From assembly GCF_009914755.1 (NCBI RefSeq), contig NC_060936.1: a stretch of DNA of 64,000 bases; one strand, given 5' to 3'. Positions 31,045 to 46,285 of this stretch are shown here, piece after piece. Every line of letters starts with the position of its first letter. Positions within the stretch are counted from its first letter, which is position 1. The notes beneath the pieces were generated by a model that was not told the DNA's origin, made no database searches, and saw nothing but the letters and a program-made list of their open reading frames with translations. This DNA comes from the human T2T-CHM13v2.0 reference genome, Homo sapiens. The position numbers and the translations under genes were made by a program.

Positions 31045-31393
31045 CAGTCATGCATCACTTAATGACAGGAATACATTCTGAGAAATTTATCAGTAGGAGA
31101 TTTCTTGTTATGTGAACATCATAGAGTGTGCTTACACAAACCTAGATGGTATAGCCTACTACACTACACACCTAGGCTACATGGTATAGCCTAGTGTTGC
31201 AAGACTACACACCTGTACAGCAGCTTACTGTATTGAATACTGTAGGTGATTGTCACACAATGGTAAGCATGTGCATCTGAACATATAGAAATATAGAAAA
31301 GGTATAGTAAAATACAGTATTATAATCTTCTTGGACAACCGTTGTATACACAGTTCATTGTTGGCCAAAACATCATTATGCAGCACATGACTG
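31045..31393. mobile_element. Tigger3a/MER7A-like element inserted in a MIR
   Basis: TIRs cagtcatgc.../...catgactg with TA duplications at 31043-31044 and 31394-31395; MIR sequence on both sides (about 30940-31500). Confidence 0.88.
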
Positions 31394-32568
31394 TATTTCC
31401 ATTTTATAGAGGAAGAAATTGAGGCACAGGGAGATTGGGTAACTTGAGATTAAACATTTAGCAAGTGACAGAATTGAGCAATCAAACTTCAGAACCTCAA
31501 CTTGAAACATCATTTCCTGATGCAAACATGAGGACATATTGCTCTACCATACAGAAAGCAGCAGGGCAGCTGCCATGCTTGTATAACAACTATTTTTTTT
31601 TTTTTTTTGCTTATTGAAACTGAAGGGATGTTGGGAAAGACAGACTGGGAGCTTTCTCTAAATTTTAATACAGCATCAGTGCTTCCTATAATGTCCAGGT
31701 TAGGAGAGAAGCAAATGGAGCTTTACTAAGGAAGAGAAAGTGATCAATACCAGTGAGAAAGGTGAAAAAAAAAAAAAACAAACAAAAACGAAAAAAAAAC
31801 CTAAGCAAATTCAGTGAGAAAAGAAAAAGCAGAACTTAGAGTCCTTACCCTTCAATTTAAGGAAGGAGAGTTATTGCCTAGCAGAATCTTGAAATAAAAT
31901 TTCCTTAGAAAGCCCCAGAAAGTTTTGTGTGTATTGCAAGTCCAAAGGATAAGGAGAACTTCTATATGCTTTCTTCTTATTTCCACTGGGCAAAGTACTG
32001 CTCCATCAAGACTCAGCCCGCCATGAGGCTTTCCAATCAACTCTCAACCACCACAACAGTTAGGGCTTTTTCCTCTATGTTGCAAAGCACTTTCTGCATA
32101 ACTCAGAATGCAAAATGTACTCATTCATTTGTTTATTTACATTTTTTCCTCACTAGACTGATTTTTTTTTTTTTTTTTAGGACAAGGCCTTACTTACACA
32201 CATAACTTGTACTCTAGGTAAACTGGAATACTCTATTCACTAAACAGCCTTAGCTTTACAGTCTTGACATCATTGCCTTTTCACTATTGGCATCCCTCAG
32301 CTCGTCATGAGTTCTACTAAATGCCACTTTTACTACGAAGCCTTCCCCGGCTTCCTTCCCTAAACTCATTTCACCGTACCTATATCATAACATAAAACAC
32401 TGCCTTGTTATGCTTTGTAAATCTCTTTTCTGCATTAGATTATAGACTCCTATGACTAAGTCATCATCACCTTTGAATTCTCATTAGGGCTTACTTAGCT
32501 GAATCATGCACAATGGCAGACATTCATAAAATCAGATATTGATTGCCTATTTAAAAAGAAAGGAAAGG

Positions 32569-32895
32569 GGTCAGGCGTGGTGGTTCACACCTATAATCTC
32601 AGCAATTTGGGAAGCCATGGCAGGAGGATTGCTTGAGTTCAGGAGTTCAAGGACAGCCTGGGCAACTGTCTCTACCAAAAATACATAAAATTAGCTGGGG
32701 CATGGTGGTGACACCTGTAGTCCCAGCTATTCAAGAGGCTGAGGCTGGAGGAATGCTTGAGCCTGGGAGGCAGAGATTGCAGTGAGTGAAAATCGTGCCA
32801 CCGCACTCCAGCCTGGGAGACAGAGTGAGACTCCATCTCCAAAAGAAAAAGAAGGAAGAAATAAAAAGGGAATTAAAACAAATTTTAAAAAAAAA
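32569..32895 (+). mobile_element. Alu (AluJb-like)
   Basis: Dimer with small left-arm deletion. Confidence 0.9.
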
Positions 32896-33746
32896 GGAAA
32901 AGAGGTTTAGTTACAATGAATGTTCCTGGACTGGCTAACATAGGCTCACAATAGCTTAAAATAAAGTTTAAAAACCTCACAGGCTCCTTTAAAGAGATCC
33001 TCCAGATCCTTTCATTTATAGAATCTTTCCATGTCCAGGCTTCTTTTTCTATTGAACACATCCCTCAACAAAGAGCCATTTTTTCCCATGTTCTTCAGAA
33101 AGTTACCATGTACATGTTTTGGGTATAAGAGAGAGGACACAGGAGCCACATTTACCTTCAAACTAAAATCAAAATTAAAACAACCAGATTGAAAAAAAGA
33201 AGAAATTCAAAATTCAGAAAGGAATCTTAGAGACAAAAACGTATTAAATTCAATTTTGTTTGAGAGGAAGCTCAGACTTTGCTCATTGTTGAGGTGCCAT
33301 ACCTAGAGACTGAGTAAATGCAGTGCTGATGATAGAGAATTACTGATTTATTCTCAAGCGCATTGTGTGGGCCAGGAGCATCTTAGAGAAGGACAGGAAA
33401 AATGTGCTTATTTGCACTCTTCCATTACAGAATAAGGAGAGATCTTTTGCAATTGCCTTCTTTTCTTTCAACTCCAAATGTAAGTGCTTTAATTTTCTAC
33501 ATATTCTCTATTTCTTTCTTGAGGCAACATGATTGGGAAGGGGTGCTGTGTGTCATGTAGAACCAAGAAACCCATTACAAATAAAGAGGAAAGTGTGGAT
33601 TCTATTAAAAAAACAAAAACAAAGAATCATAGTAATTGTGGGCAAGACAAATTTATTTCTTCAGCCTTTGAAATAACGTCAGCAAGAACCGACTAGTGGC
33701 TGAGTAGACAAAGTAAACATAAAATTGTATTAAAAGTAAGGTTCTC

Positions 33747-34063
<317 letters not shown>

Positions 34064-34806
34064 TCAGTGCTCTGTTTACATCTCCTTTTTACTTACAATG
34101 GTTTATTCCATTTGTTGTCTTTGGTTTTTTTTTGTTTTTTTTTTTGTCATGAAGACAACACAGAAATCCAGATCTTAGGCTAGGGTCTGAGAACCCATCT
34201 TAACATCAAAATAAAACACAACAAAAACCAAGAATACTTCTAACAACTTGAAATATTTAATGGAGTACATACTCAGAAATAAAGTCTCCCTTCTGCCAGT
34301 TTGGAAAACTGGCACAGACAGGCAAAATGAATTCACAACTTGCAGCCAGTTTGTTCTTTTTTTTTTTTTATACTAGACATCAAGATTTGTTTTTTAAATA
34401 ATAGAAGGATGTTTTGATTATCACTGTGGGACAAAAAGCCTTTAATTTTTTTATTTCAATCAATCAAGTTCTTCCAGCCTAGACCCATTTATTCTTCTTC
34501 ATACTCAACTTCCTAAATTTATGTTAGGAAAAAGAATTTTACCTTACCTCAGGCAACAGGACTTACAATGGAGAAAACACCAAACAAAATGCCATTCGCT
34601 CCCACCCCCCAAATCATCTTGTATTTATAGCCAAAGTTTTATATCGTGTGTATTCATTTTCCATTTCCCTCACTAAGTTGTCCCTGTTGAGAAGTTCTTA
34701 GCACCTGGCCCCTAAGAAATAACTGTTTCACATTTAGCATCTTTTAACTAGTAATCACTACTCTCAGAGAAAAGCCCTGCAGCCTCCAAAGTAACCAGCT
34801 CTCTAG

Positions 34807-35136
<330 letters not shown>

Positions 35137-35153
35137 TCGGAAAGGGCTTTTGA

Positions 35154-35154
<1 letters not shown>

Positions 35155-35196
<42 letters not shown>
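35155..35196 (+). repeat. (AC)21 microsatellite
   Basis: Read directly. Confidence 0.98.
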
Positions 35197-35198
<2 letters not shown>

Positions 35199-35344
35199 TA
35201 CAGAGAGCACTGGGGAGAAGAGGAGGGAGGATGGAAGGAGAGGAGCAGAGGAATAGTGAGGAAAATAATACTATTTTTCCTTTCCTTAGTTGGAATAGTG
35301 AGGAAAATAATACTATTTTTCCTTAGTTAACAAAGTGGATTTAA

Positions 35345-35648
<304 letters not shown>

Positions 35649-35927
35649 GTGGAGTTAAGAGGGCAATGAGGAGACATCTAAAAAGAAAATCAGAACCAAC
35701 TTCAATACTCAAGACAGATATAAACCACAGATATAAAAGAAGCCTATGTGTAACTGACAGGGTATTGTGTGCATCCTACAACTATCACAAAGTTTCACGG
35801 CTACTCCTGGAGACGGACATACTTGCACGTGTTCAAGACCACAGTACCATGATGGTCACAGCAGCCAACACTTACTAAGGGCCTCGTCCTACATCTATTA
35901 CCCCATTCAGGATTCCAAATACCCTCT

Positions 35928-36235
35928 GAGGTGGATATCCTTATCCAAAGCCCTTAGGGCCAGTTGTATTTCTGGAATTGAGCATTTTTTGGATTTTAGA
36001 AAGACAATATGGAGCATGTTCCTATAGCATAAATCATCTCCCATGGGAGCTGGAATTCAAATGCATTAATCTTCCTGCAGTAAAATGTGTGGATAGACAT
36101 TAAAGTAGGTTGAAGACCACATTAAATAGGGTCACATTGGGGGACCTCAAGTTTTACTGCCAAAAATGTTTTTGCAACCCTAGATTTTTTAAAATCTCTT
36201 TTCAGAGTTTGAAATCTGGAGTTGAAGAATGAATA
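35928..36235. mobile_element. Tigger4/MER46-like fragment within a MIR
   Basis: aggtggatatccttatccaaa...gggccag...tttttggattttagaa resembles the MER46 end. Confidence 0.45.
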
Positions 36236-36597
36236 TATTATGACTCCATTTTAAAGGCAAAGGAACTGGGAGTCAAAATGGATGAAGTGCTTTGCCTCTT
36301 GGCACTACTGCCAGTGTTTGAACTGGGATCCAACCAGGAAATGTTTGATTCCAGAACCTGTGCCTAGATCTCCTGGCCCTCTGGCTCTCTCTCTCGGTGT
36401 CTAAGCAAATGCAGGGTTCTTTTCCCTAGTCTTTCTGCCTATCCTGAAGACTTCATCTGTCTTCTCTGTTCTTCATTATTTTATCTTTCTCTGCAACCTT
36501 ACCCACAAAAAAAGGACTGCAGAAAGAAAGAAAAAACACTGTTTTTCCTTCCCTAATAGCAGAGAGAGGCAACATCCGCTTTGGTCTACTGAGACAC

Positions 36598-36720
36598 AAA
36601 GAGAAGGGAAGGGAAAGGAGGGGAGGAGAGAGAAGACTGCATGGAGGGAGGGGGAAGGGAGAAGGAAGGGGCGATGGGATAAAAAGGAGAGGGGAAGTTG
36701 GGAGGGTAAGGAACAAAGGA
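36598..36720 (+). repeat. GA-rich low-complexity tract
   Basis: Polypurine run. Confidence 0.85.
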
Positions 36721-36771
36721 CCTGAGCCTGGATCCACAAATCACCAAAGCATTAAAAAATCCTAACAATTT

Positions 36772-37111
<340 letters not shown>

Positions 37112-38282
37112 TCATCTCACACCTTCCCCAGAGATGGCTTCTTTAAGTGAATGTTTGCAGTAGAAAGATGAGACGAAGCTTCACATCTACATAGTAGGCA
37201 AAAAGGACAGTCCAAGGAGGCTGATAAAATGGTCACCAAACTGACCTAATCCAGCAGCTGCTGGATTGGGTCCAAGGCCAGAGGTCAGAAGAGAGGATGT
37301 GCCACCTGGGAAGGTGCAAAAACTTGAGAAAGACATTGGACTTTATCAGGCCAGAAAAATGGGGGTTGATCAATGCATCTCTGGAGGTACAGGGTGACCC
37401 TGGTTGAAATGGAGGTAACCTTTTGCATGCATACGTATAGAGCTCTCAGCACTCTTACCTTTACCCTCCCATATTCTAATGTGCTTTCCCCAGGGAAGAA
37501 AATGAGTAGCCGCAATGAGTATACCTGGAATTACATGTAACCCTGAAATGTCCATGGGACTATGTGGTTTGTGACTGTTTGTACAATGCCTATCAAATCA
37601 AGAAAAAGGCTGAGACTCATCGTTTGTGTTTTTCATTTGAAATCCTAATGGTTAAACTTGAACCTGGTGGTCAAACTAACACCCCAAAATATCAACCCCA
37701 CATAAATCAGAGACCTGCAAGGGCACAGTAGATTCTGTATCTTCCGGCCTTCAAATCGGGGCAGCTTGTCTGATCATGAGTGCTCTACAGTATTACATTA
37801 ACAGATGGGTATTTGATCTAGGTCTAAGGTCAAAGGTGGGATTTTAACATCACCCCTTCTTTCTGTAACCTGAGTCTCAACTTGCTATAATACTTCATCC
37901 TTTTTAAATGATGTGGCATGCGGCACTTTACCACCAATGCACAGCTGAGGCCTTGTCAATCTGCCTCCCTTGTATATTTCATGTTCCCAACATGAAGAGA
38001 GCACTCAATGCCAGTGAGAGCCCCTGCACACAGTAGGCACTCCCTAAATGTTGGTGATTTGAGAAGCTTATGAAAACTCTACCCTCTTGGTTCATAAATT
38101 TTGTAGGTGCTTTAGTTTAAATTAAAAATAAAAAAAGGCTTTGCATGTCATGAACACAAGGGCATTCTTTTCTGGTGCACTGATAGATGGTAGTAAAAGA
38201 AGTATTTTTTTTCTCTTTGTAACTTTATAAAAATCAGTGGCCAGACATCAAAATAAACCATATCTTTTAAAAAACTAACCTA

Positions 38283-38535
38283 GGCCAGGTGTAGTGGCTC
38301 ACGCCTGCAATCCTAGCACTTTGGGAGGCTGAGGCAGGCAGATTGCTTGAGCCCATGAGTTTGAGACCAGTCTGGGCAACATGGCAAAACCCTGTCTGTA
38401 CTAAAAATACAAAAACTGAGGTGGGAGGATCACCTGAGCCTAGGGAGGTCGAGACTGCAGTGAGCTGTGATTGCATTACTGCACTCGAGCCTGGGCGACA
38501 AAGTGAGACTCCATCTCAAGTAAAATAAAATAAAC
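38283..38535 (+). mobile_element. Alu (AluJ-like) with central deletion
   Basis: The linker joins directly to ctgaggtgggagg of the right arm. Confidence 0.9.
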
Positions 38536-40809
38536 AGCCAACCTTGGACTGTGAGTCTTGCAAGAAGAAAAAATTTAAAAACTGAAAAAAAAAAAAACAA
38601 CCAACGACATGAAAAAAAACTATTCGGCACATTACTTTCTCTACACTAATTTAAGAAGGGCAAAGGCATATACATATGACTCACAAATGTATGCAGAAAT
38701 CTTCCTTTTGCACCATTTCTTGAATTTTACTTTCTTCCTTCCAGTGCTAACTCTGCCCGTCCTACTCTCGCAGCAAGCACATATGTAACACACCCACACA
38801 CATACACACAAGACTCTATTTTGTTCCCTTGAAATAAATTTCTAGTGAAAGTTCCCACTGAAAAAACAAACTATATTAGACCAGAGATCTGTACTCAAGG
38901 TATTGAAATATATTTTTACTCAACAATACCCTAAAAACCTTGAGCTATGAAATAGGCTACTAAGCAACCTCATTTCAATTACCTTTATCGTAACTTGATT
39001 GCCTAACATAAAGTGTTACACTAAATGACTAAGGTTAAAAATAACTTTGTCCAACTACACATTTGGATGTTTTAATTTCATTCTACACGGCAGAGTATTT
39101 TCCTATCTAAGTTGACAAGTTCAGTGTGAGTAGGTGGGAAGAATAAAAACAAAGGGATACTCATTAAGAAATGAAGGTAGGACTTTTCTCATGAAAAGAG
39201 AAGGGCAAAAATACCTTTCAGAGCCAAAGAATCATAGCCAGCATTTTGATAAAGGACAAACTTTGATCTGCATTGATGAATCTGAGAGATCTTCTGGGAG
39301 AGATGCCATAGATTATTACAACAAATTATTAGCAGATTCACAAGGCTATAATCACTATCCGTATCCATGGTACCCAGTTTCAAATTAACATGGTTATTTT
39401 ACTTGTGTTCCCAAATTTAACATTAGGGAATTTTTGGTTGTGGGTCTGTTATCACTAGAAAAATATATATATTGGTGCTGAAGATAATTTTGAGATAATT
39501 AGACAAGACAGTTTAGCATTTACAAGAACAAGTTTGGCAGTTGAAGAATCTATTTATATGACTTAAAAAGAAAAAAAAGGTGTCATGGCACCTGTGGTAA
39601 ATGTTTGCTTTGGATAAAATTTCTAGATCTGCATGAAACCTCACATAATATCACTACTGCTTTTCAAAGTATAGTTCCTTACTTTTTTTTTCTCATTCAT
39701 TCCATTCCTCTTTCCCCCACAAGCTTATCCCACCATTTTTAATCAAGTGGCCAGAATTATCTGGTTATTTTTAATTGGGAGCTTTGACAGGGATTCTTTC
39801 TTAAACCCAGAGATTTCTGCCTCCTTTTTAGCTTTGCTAAGACTCTCAAGAGTGGGAGAGAATCATATCTGATAGTGATATGGACCCAACATTAACATGC
39901 CAAAAGTATTCAATTTTTATGCAGCAAAAGGAAGACAACTTAGACTAGATAGCTACAGCAAATTTCAAAATGGAAGGCGACATTCTTACTTCTCAGGCTG
40001 GGGAGCATGGGTGGGGTAGAATTCATGGTGAAATGTATTTGAGAAAGTACCTTTTCATCCATCTTTGATAAGGAAAGTGAAACCAGAGAAATATTCATTT
40101 TTATGTCTTAACACCAGGGACTTTCTGTAATGCAGGAATAGGCCAGATACTTGCCAGCACCTTAAAAAAAGTTAAGTGTTCCATGCTGTTTAAGTGACTG
40201 AATGATAAAGTTAATGTACCCTTGCTTTTCTCTTCAGTCATATATACAAAAGACCAGGGGCTCTAAATGATAACAAGTCTTTGTACTGTAATCTCAGATT
40301 TGGTAAGGAATAGGTGTTTGAGATAACTGAATTTCCCAGGTATTTATATATCAACAAGAAAACTTTTTGTTTTCAACACTTGTCTGTTAGCTTGCCTAGC
40401 CATATGTCCTGCCAAAACATTGAGTGCCTTGCTGAACCTGTTCATTATACTGAACATCAATTCTTATTCTATATTTATTGATATACAGTTTTTTTAAAAA
40501 ATAAGACTTATATTTTGAAGTTCAGGTCTTCTTATAAGCCTGTTTATTATGATTTGCAATTATCTCTAAAAGGGAGAAGAAGGTGTGTGGGGACAGGGTG
40601 GAAACTCTGCTGAATTTTCCAGAAATCAAAGTTGTGGTGACTCCTATGGCATGCAATAACCAGAAAACAAATAAAAAGTGGTCAGGAAAATAACTGCCAA
40701 AAATCAGGTTGGTTGACATTATAATAGAGTACCCAAGAATGCCAAATTATAATTATATATTTGGGGAGAGATAAGTCTCAAAGGATTTTGGAATTCACTC
40801 AACTGTTTG

Positions 40810-41190
40810 AATGGAATGTTCTTTCCCCAGATATCTCCTGAGCTGTTTCTCTGGTCTCCAAGTTTCTGCTTAAATGTCACCTTATCAGTTGAGGCCTTCC
40901 CTGACTATTTTACTTAAAATAGTTCCACTCCAGCAATTCCCTCCCTCCCTCTCTCCTTTTTCAGACAAGATCATGCACAATTTTGCACAACTCCAGGAAG
41001 TAACACTCACAGAACTAACACAGCAGCTCTGATCCTCAGCACCTGTCACCATCTAACACAGCATACATATTCTTTGCTTGTTTACCTCTCTGAGGGCAGG
41101 GATTTTTGTTTGGTTCACTGCTATATCTCCAAGTGCCCAGAACAATACTGGGTGCATAGTAGGTGCCAAATAAATATTTATAAATGAACA
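40810..41190 (+). mobile_element. L2 3' end
   Basis: tggaatgttctttcccc...gagggcagggatttttg...catagtaggtgccaaataaatatt. Confidence 0.75.
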
Positions 41191-41349
41191 ATCTGTTAAT
41201 CTAATTTTGGCATCTTCTAAAGCTCTGGTCTAAGAGTTGTCCCTGACTTTCATATCTTCCTGTCTAATGGGAAAATCAGACATGAATGCAAACAATTACA
41301 ATGCAACAGGATCAGAAAAGAAACCAATGCTTGGGGAGGTGATATGTAT

Positions 41350-41580
41350 TGGTTAGAAGCTAGTGCTTGATCTTACACAAATCTGGATGCTAGCTCCAAA
41401 TCAGCCCATAGCTGTGTGACCTTGGGCAAGTGATATAACATCTCTGTATCATAATATTCTCAAATGACAGATGACTATAACAACAAATGTCTACATTTAC
41501 AGGCTTGTGATGAGGAGTCAGTGAGGGGATGCACAAAGGTACTTAGCACAGTCCTGACACTCAGGAAGGCTGCAGGAAGT
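41350..41580 (+). mobile_element. MIR
   Basis: agctgtgtgaccttgggcaagtgatataacatctctg core. Confidence 0.75.
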
Positions 41581-43093
41581 GCCTGAGGCATCAGGACAGA
41601 ATTTTACAGAAGCAGAGCAGCAGAACAGGGGGTTGAAAGCTGCCTAGTGGCACTGGGATGGCTTGCCAGGAAGAGGCACGAATGAAGGAAAAATTGTCCT
41701 CAATATGCACAGAGTTAAATGTCACATTGACTTGTCCTGTGCTTAATGAGTGAAATTTCCTTTTTAAAATGAGGAACAAACCTACTAGTGAAATGAATGT
41801 GTAATCAGAGTAGGTAGGAGCTTCTCCAATTGAAAATGGGTTATTAACAAGTCTTTCCACTGACCAAATCTGGCTTTAACCCACGTTATATCTTCACTGA
41901 TTTGCCATTCTTTCTAAAATGGAGTGTAGAGGGGAAAAAAAAAGCAAAAAGCCCAACTGGTACTGAAATATTATGTATTGCTGTGCTGAGAAAGAAATGC
42001 CTAAAAACCACCACCACAGCCCACCAGTGCTTTGACAGCAGAGGTTTTGTTAAGCAGACCACATTGACCCTCTCAGGAAAAAAAAAAACAGTTAATTCAA
42101 GATCTGGTCCCAGATCAGGTTCCAAACGAGAACCTGAAAACTACAGGGGGAAAAAGGAGTAAGCTCCCTTTTCAATCACTATCCCTCAGTAGATCCCAAA
42201 CTCATTAAGAACAGTGTTTTTAGGACAAGACTTTGTCTCTGATTCAAGAATCTTTCAAGACAGTGACACATAACCCTTAAATTGAATCAATTTCACAACG
42301 AATTGCACTGTAACTTAGGTCAATATTCTAAATGCTCTCTGGCAACTGATGTTGAGAATTTTGAGAGGAAAAGAAGTACTCAAGGCTAGGACTCAGCTAT
42401 ATAACACTGGCTTGACACTTGTCCCCTCTTCTTATTTTCATAACTCACTATAGAGTGACATAAACAGGCTAAAATGAAAAATAGGGGAGGAGAGAAAGGT
42501 ATTATGTAAATGTGACATTATCACAATCTTTTTTGATTGATCAAGATTCTAACGCTTAGGCCTAATAATAAACAGGCAATCCTTAGTAAGCTTATGAGTC
42601 AGTGATGGGGATATGACTCAGATTTTACTTTAAGGATGAAAAACCCATAGCAAATTGGGCAGGGATGTACTATATTACCAACCCCTAAATCATAACTAGT
42701 CGAAAGGCAACGGTTTCTTCTGGAGACAATTTGCTTCATGTTTAAAGTAACCACTGCCGCATGTTTAGGAAGCAAAAATAAAAGTTATAAAAGGAGAGGG
42801 AAAACAACTTATTTCTAATTTGAGGCCTGGCTCCACAGCCATATTTCTGAATCAAACATTAAGCGTCCCAAAACGGAATTTTCTGCGGTGGCAAAAATGT
42901 TCTAGCTCTTGATCAGGGTGTAGATTATATGGGTGTGCAAAATTCCCTGAACTCTTTGCATTTGATTATACAGATTTTTACATCAACTTAAAGAAAATAA
43001 TTTAAGTGGCCCATACTTTGAAAGTTATTGTCCAGGAGGTACGTATACTCAAAATGTAAACCTAAAATGAAACTATTTTTTAAATCCTATTTA

Positions 43094-43468
<375 letters not shown>

Positions 43469-43777
43469 TTAAAGATATAGAAAATATTCAAGATCTGTTT
43501 GAATTGTGCTGTTTCATACACCATGAAAGTGACTCTAATCTAGTAGCTCACAATAAAATCCATCTTTTTATGCCAAACTTTTAAAACGTTAAAGGGTCAC
43601 TAATATCTGTATCGGGAAAAAAAAAATCAATCTAGCCGTTTGGAAAAACCCAGCCTTTGAGTTCCATTTGGGTCCTTTTTGGACCAACTCCCTGACACCT
43701 TCATTAGGAAGTAAACACACTGCTGGTTGCCAACGCTTTAAAAAGAGATAATACTGTTAACAAGGCCTATAAAAGCG

Positions 43778-43905
43778 AGGTGACCCTATGTCCTGGCTGA
43801 TGCTTATAGTCTGTGTTTAATAATTAACAGCACCCTCTTTTACTCTCAAGAATCACGGTTTGGTTGATAAAATTCTCAAATTTTATCAACCAAAATGGTC
43901 ACTCA
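43778..43905 (+). mobile_element. MER94-like hAT-Blackjack element
   Basis: Ends aggtgaccctatgtcc.../...atggtcactc; internal taattaacagcaccctcttttactctcaa. Confidence 0.7.
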
Positions 43906-43959
43906 AATGGTTATCAATCAAATGGACACGCTACCTGTAAAGCCCCACGATTTGGCCTC

Positions 43960-44370
43960 ACTCCCATTAATTTCTCTCCATTCCAGTTTCACTGGTCTTT
44001 GTCCAACCCCTCCTGTTCACCATTACTCTTGAGCCAGGTTTTGTGCATATTCCTCTCTCTCTCTCGCCTGCCTTCTCCACTTAAACCCCTACTCATTCCT
44101 CAGATCTCAGCTCAAGTGTCCCTTCCTCTGGGAAACCTTTCTATGGCAGTCCTATCTCTCTATTAGAGCTCTCAGGACACCACTTCACCACTTCCCTTTT
44201 CCTCAGCATGTCTCAGATCCAGCCCAACATTTGTTGGATAACCCTCTCTCTGCCACTAGGTTCCAAGCTCATTGAGGGCAAGCACAGTGACTATTTTTGC
44301 AACCCTAGTGCTTATCACAGTACTTGGCACATGGAGGGACTCAACAAGTATGTGTTTAATAAATGAATGT
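43960..44370 (+). mobile_element. L2 3' fragments
   Basis: cctactcattcctcagatctcagctcaagtgtc...aagctcattgagggcaag...tggcacatggagggactcaacaag...aatgaatg. Confidence 0.7.
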
Positions 44371-45644
44371 AAGAGATATAGGTGATAGACACAAGACAAA
44401 ACACCACTTGTATATTAATGACCAGAAAATATCTTAAGAAAGTTAAAAAATAACTGAAAGACTTAAAGGGTAGTGGAAAAAAGTGCAAGAATCTGAGAGG
44501 GAAAAAGAGCTTGTATCTAGTGATATTACCTAAGAGCTCCATCCTTAATTGTAACAATGACTACCGGCTTGAGAGAGAGAAATATTCCTGACAACACTGG
44601 CCACCTAACCCTTGTTTTAATGGGTTCCAAACTCTTATTCTTACATCACAATCTTAAACATTATAGGGGCACACTGACTGACTTATAAGGCTACACACAT
44701 AGGTTCAAGCATGGCCTGAACCACACACGAGCTTTAAGATGCAAGACTTCTGAAAGGGTCAGAGGCTGATTTTCCCTAGAAGTCTCTTCAGGTTCAACAA
44801 AGAATGGGTCCTTTGTTTCCTATAGGATTGCAAAATAAATTAGCACAAAGCTCTGCTGGCTATCTACTTCCCTGATGTAAACCATAATGCTATACAAGCC
44901 CAACAGCAAGCTATTCAATGAGGATATCTGCACACAGAAAAAGCAACTTGAGTATAAACTAAAAGAATCCGTGATCACTGACTCATTTATGACTGGCTAG
45001 GGGAAATCAGTTACATTATTAGTGATTCAGGCAAACATTGCATCAGGTTACATCACAGGAAGAAACTCAAATTCAAACTGACAATTTATAAAAAGGCTGC
45101 TTTTCTTTGCAGTAAAGGAAATACTCACACCACTCTAGATTAAGAAGATTGAGAACCACTGAGTTCTGTTTAAAAATCACTGTTTGAAAATCTCTTGCAA
45201 AAGCATGGCCAAATACCAATGGTTTGAAGGACTAAAAACCCTGGGAAAAGTCAACTTCATATAGCAAAGGGTTGTTGTGAGGATTAAAAAACATAATGGA
45301 AGCAAACATGCTTTGTACAGGGCTACATTGCTATATATGTTCGGTTGCATTACTCCATCTCTCAACTTAAGGTGTCTTCAATATAGACAAAGGATCTGAA
45401 GGACTCTTTTTTTACTGAGAAAATAGCTCTGAAAACCACAATGTTAGGCACACAGCTCAGGAAAGCTCTATAAAATAAGATGCAAGGCCTGTGTTGTCTA
45501 TTTCCATCCTTCACAATGGAAAAGCAGTTCATTTTCCTTCCTATATTATTGTATTTCAAAAACGCAAGTACATTTCTTGCAGCTATAGGCTAAAGCAATC
45601 TTTCAAGAAACTCCTAACAATCATACTATGATCAAATTGTTAAA

Positions 45645-45666
45645 ACACACACACACACACACACAC
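45645..45666 (+). repeat. (AC)11 microsatellite
   Basis: Read directly. Confidence 0.95.
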
Positions 45667-46084
45667 AAGAAAACAATCAGCTATATTTTGTTGGCCTCCA
45701 TGATAGAGTATTCAAATTCCAAGAATCCAAACATTCACTAGCTATATGATTTCATGTTTACCTTGACAACAAATGACTTGTCTCCATTATTACACAAGGA
45801 ATGATGGGCTCAGAGAGGCTAAGCAACTGGTCCAAAGTCACAAGTTGGTACAAGTCAAGATTTCAACTTATTGGTCTGAGTCCCAGACTAGTATTCTTTA
45901 TGCTAAATTCCAACTGCCTCTCAAAGAAAGGAGCCTAATTGTAGACTGCTATATGCCTCCGGAACATAGTGAAAGAGTTTCAAGGCTGAAAATAACCAAA
46001 GATGGCCAACTCACAATGAGAAGTTAAAATACATGTTCCAACAGTGTAAAAGAAGGTAGATAAATCATGCATCACAATGTAACA

Positions 46085-46285
46085 ATAGTTAAGAGTTTGG
46101 ATTCTGTGATCAGAAAAGCCTGAATTCAAATTGTGAATTAGCTGTTTACGAGCTGTCTGGCTTTAGGGTAAATTACTTAAGCTCTCTAAGCCTCAGTTTT
46201 CTATCCATAAAATGAAGATAAAAAATACTGACCCACTTGCCAACCTCATCCAGTTGTTGGAAGGTCAAATTAGAATATATATTGA
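46085..46285 (+). mobile_element. MIR
   Basis: aattacttaagctctctaagcctcagttttctatccataaaatgaagata core. Confidence 0.75.

Noticed and set aside
31751-31821. cagtgagaaa direct repeat around an A-rich tract as a tail-only retroinsertion
   Set aside because: The A tract does not abut the second repeat, and a 10-bp match in A-rich DNA can be chance.
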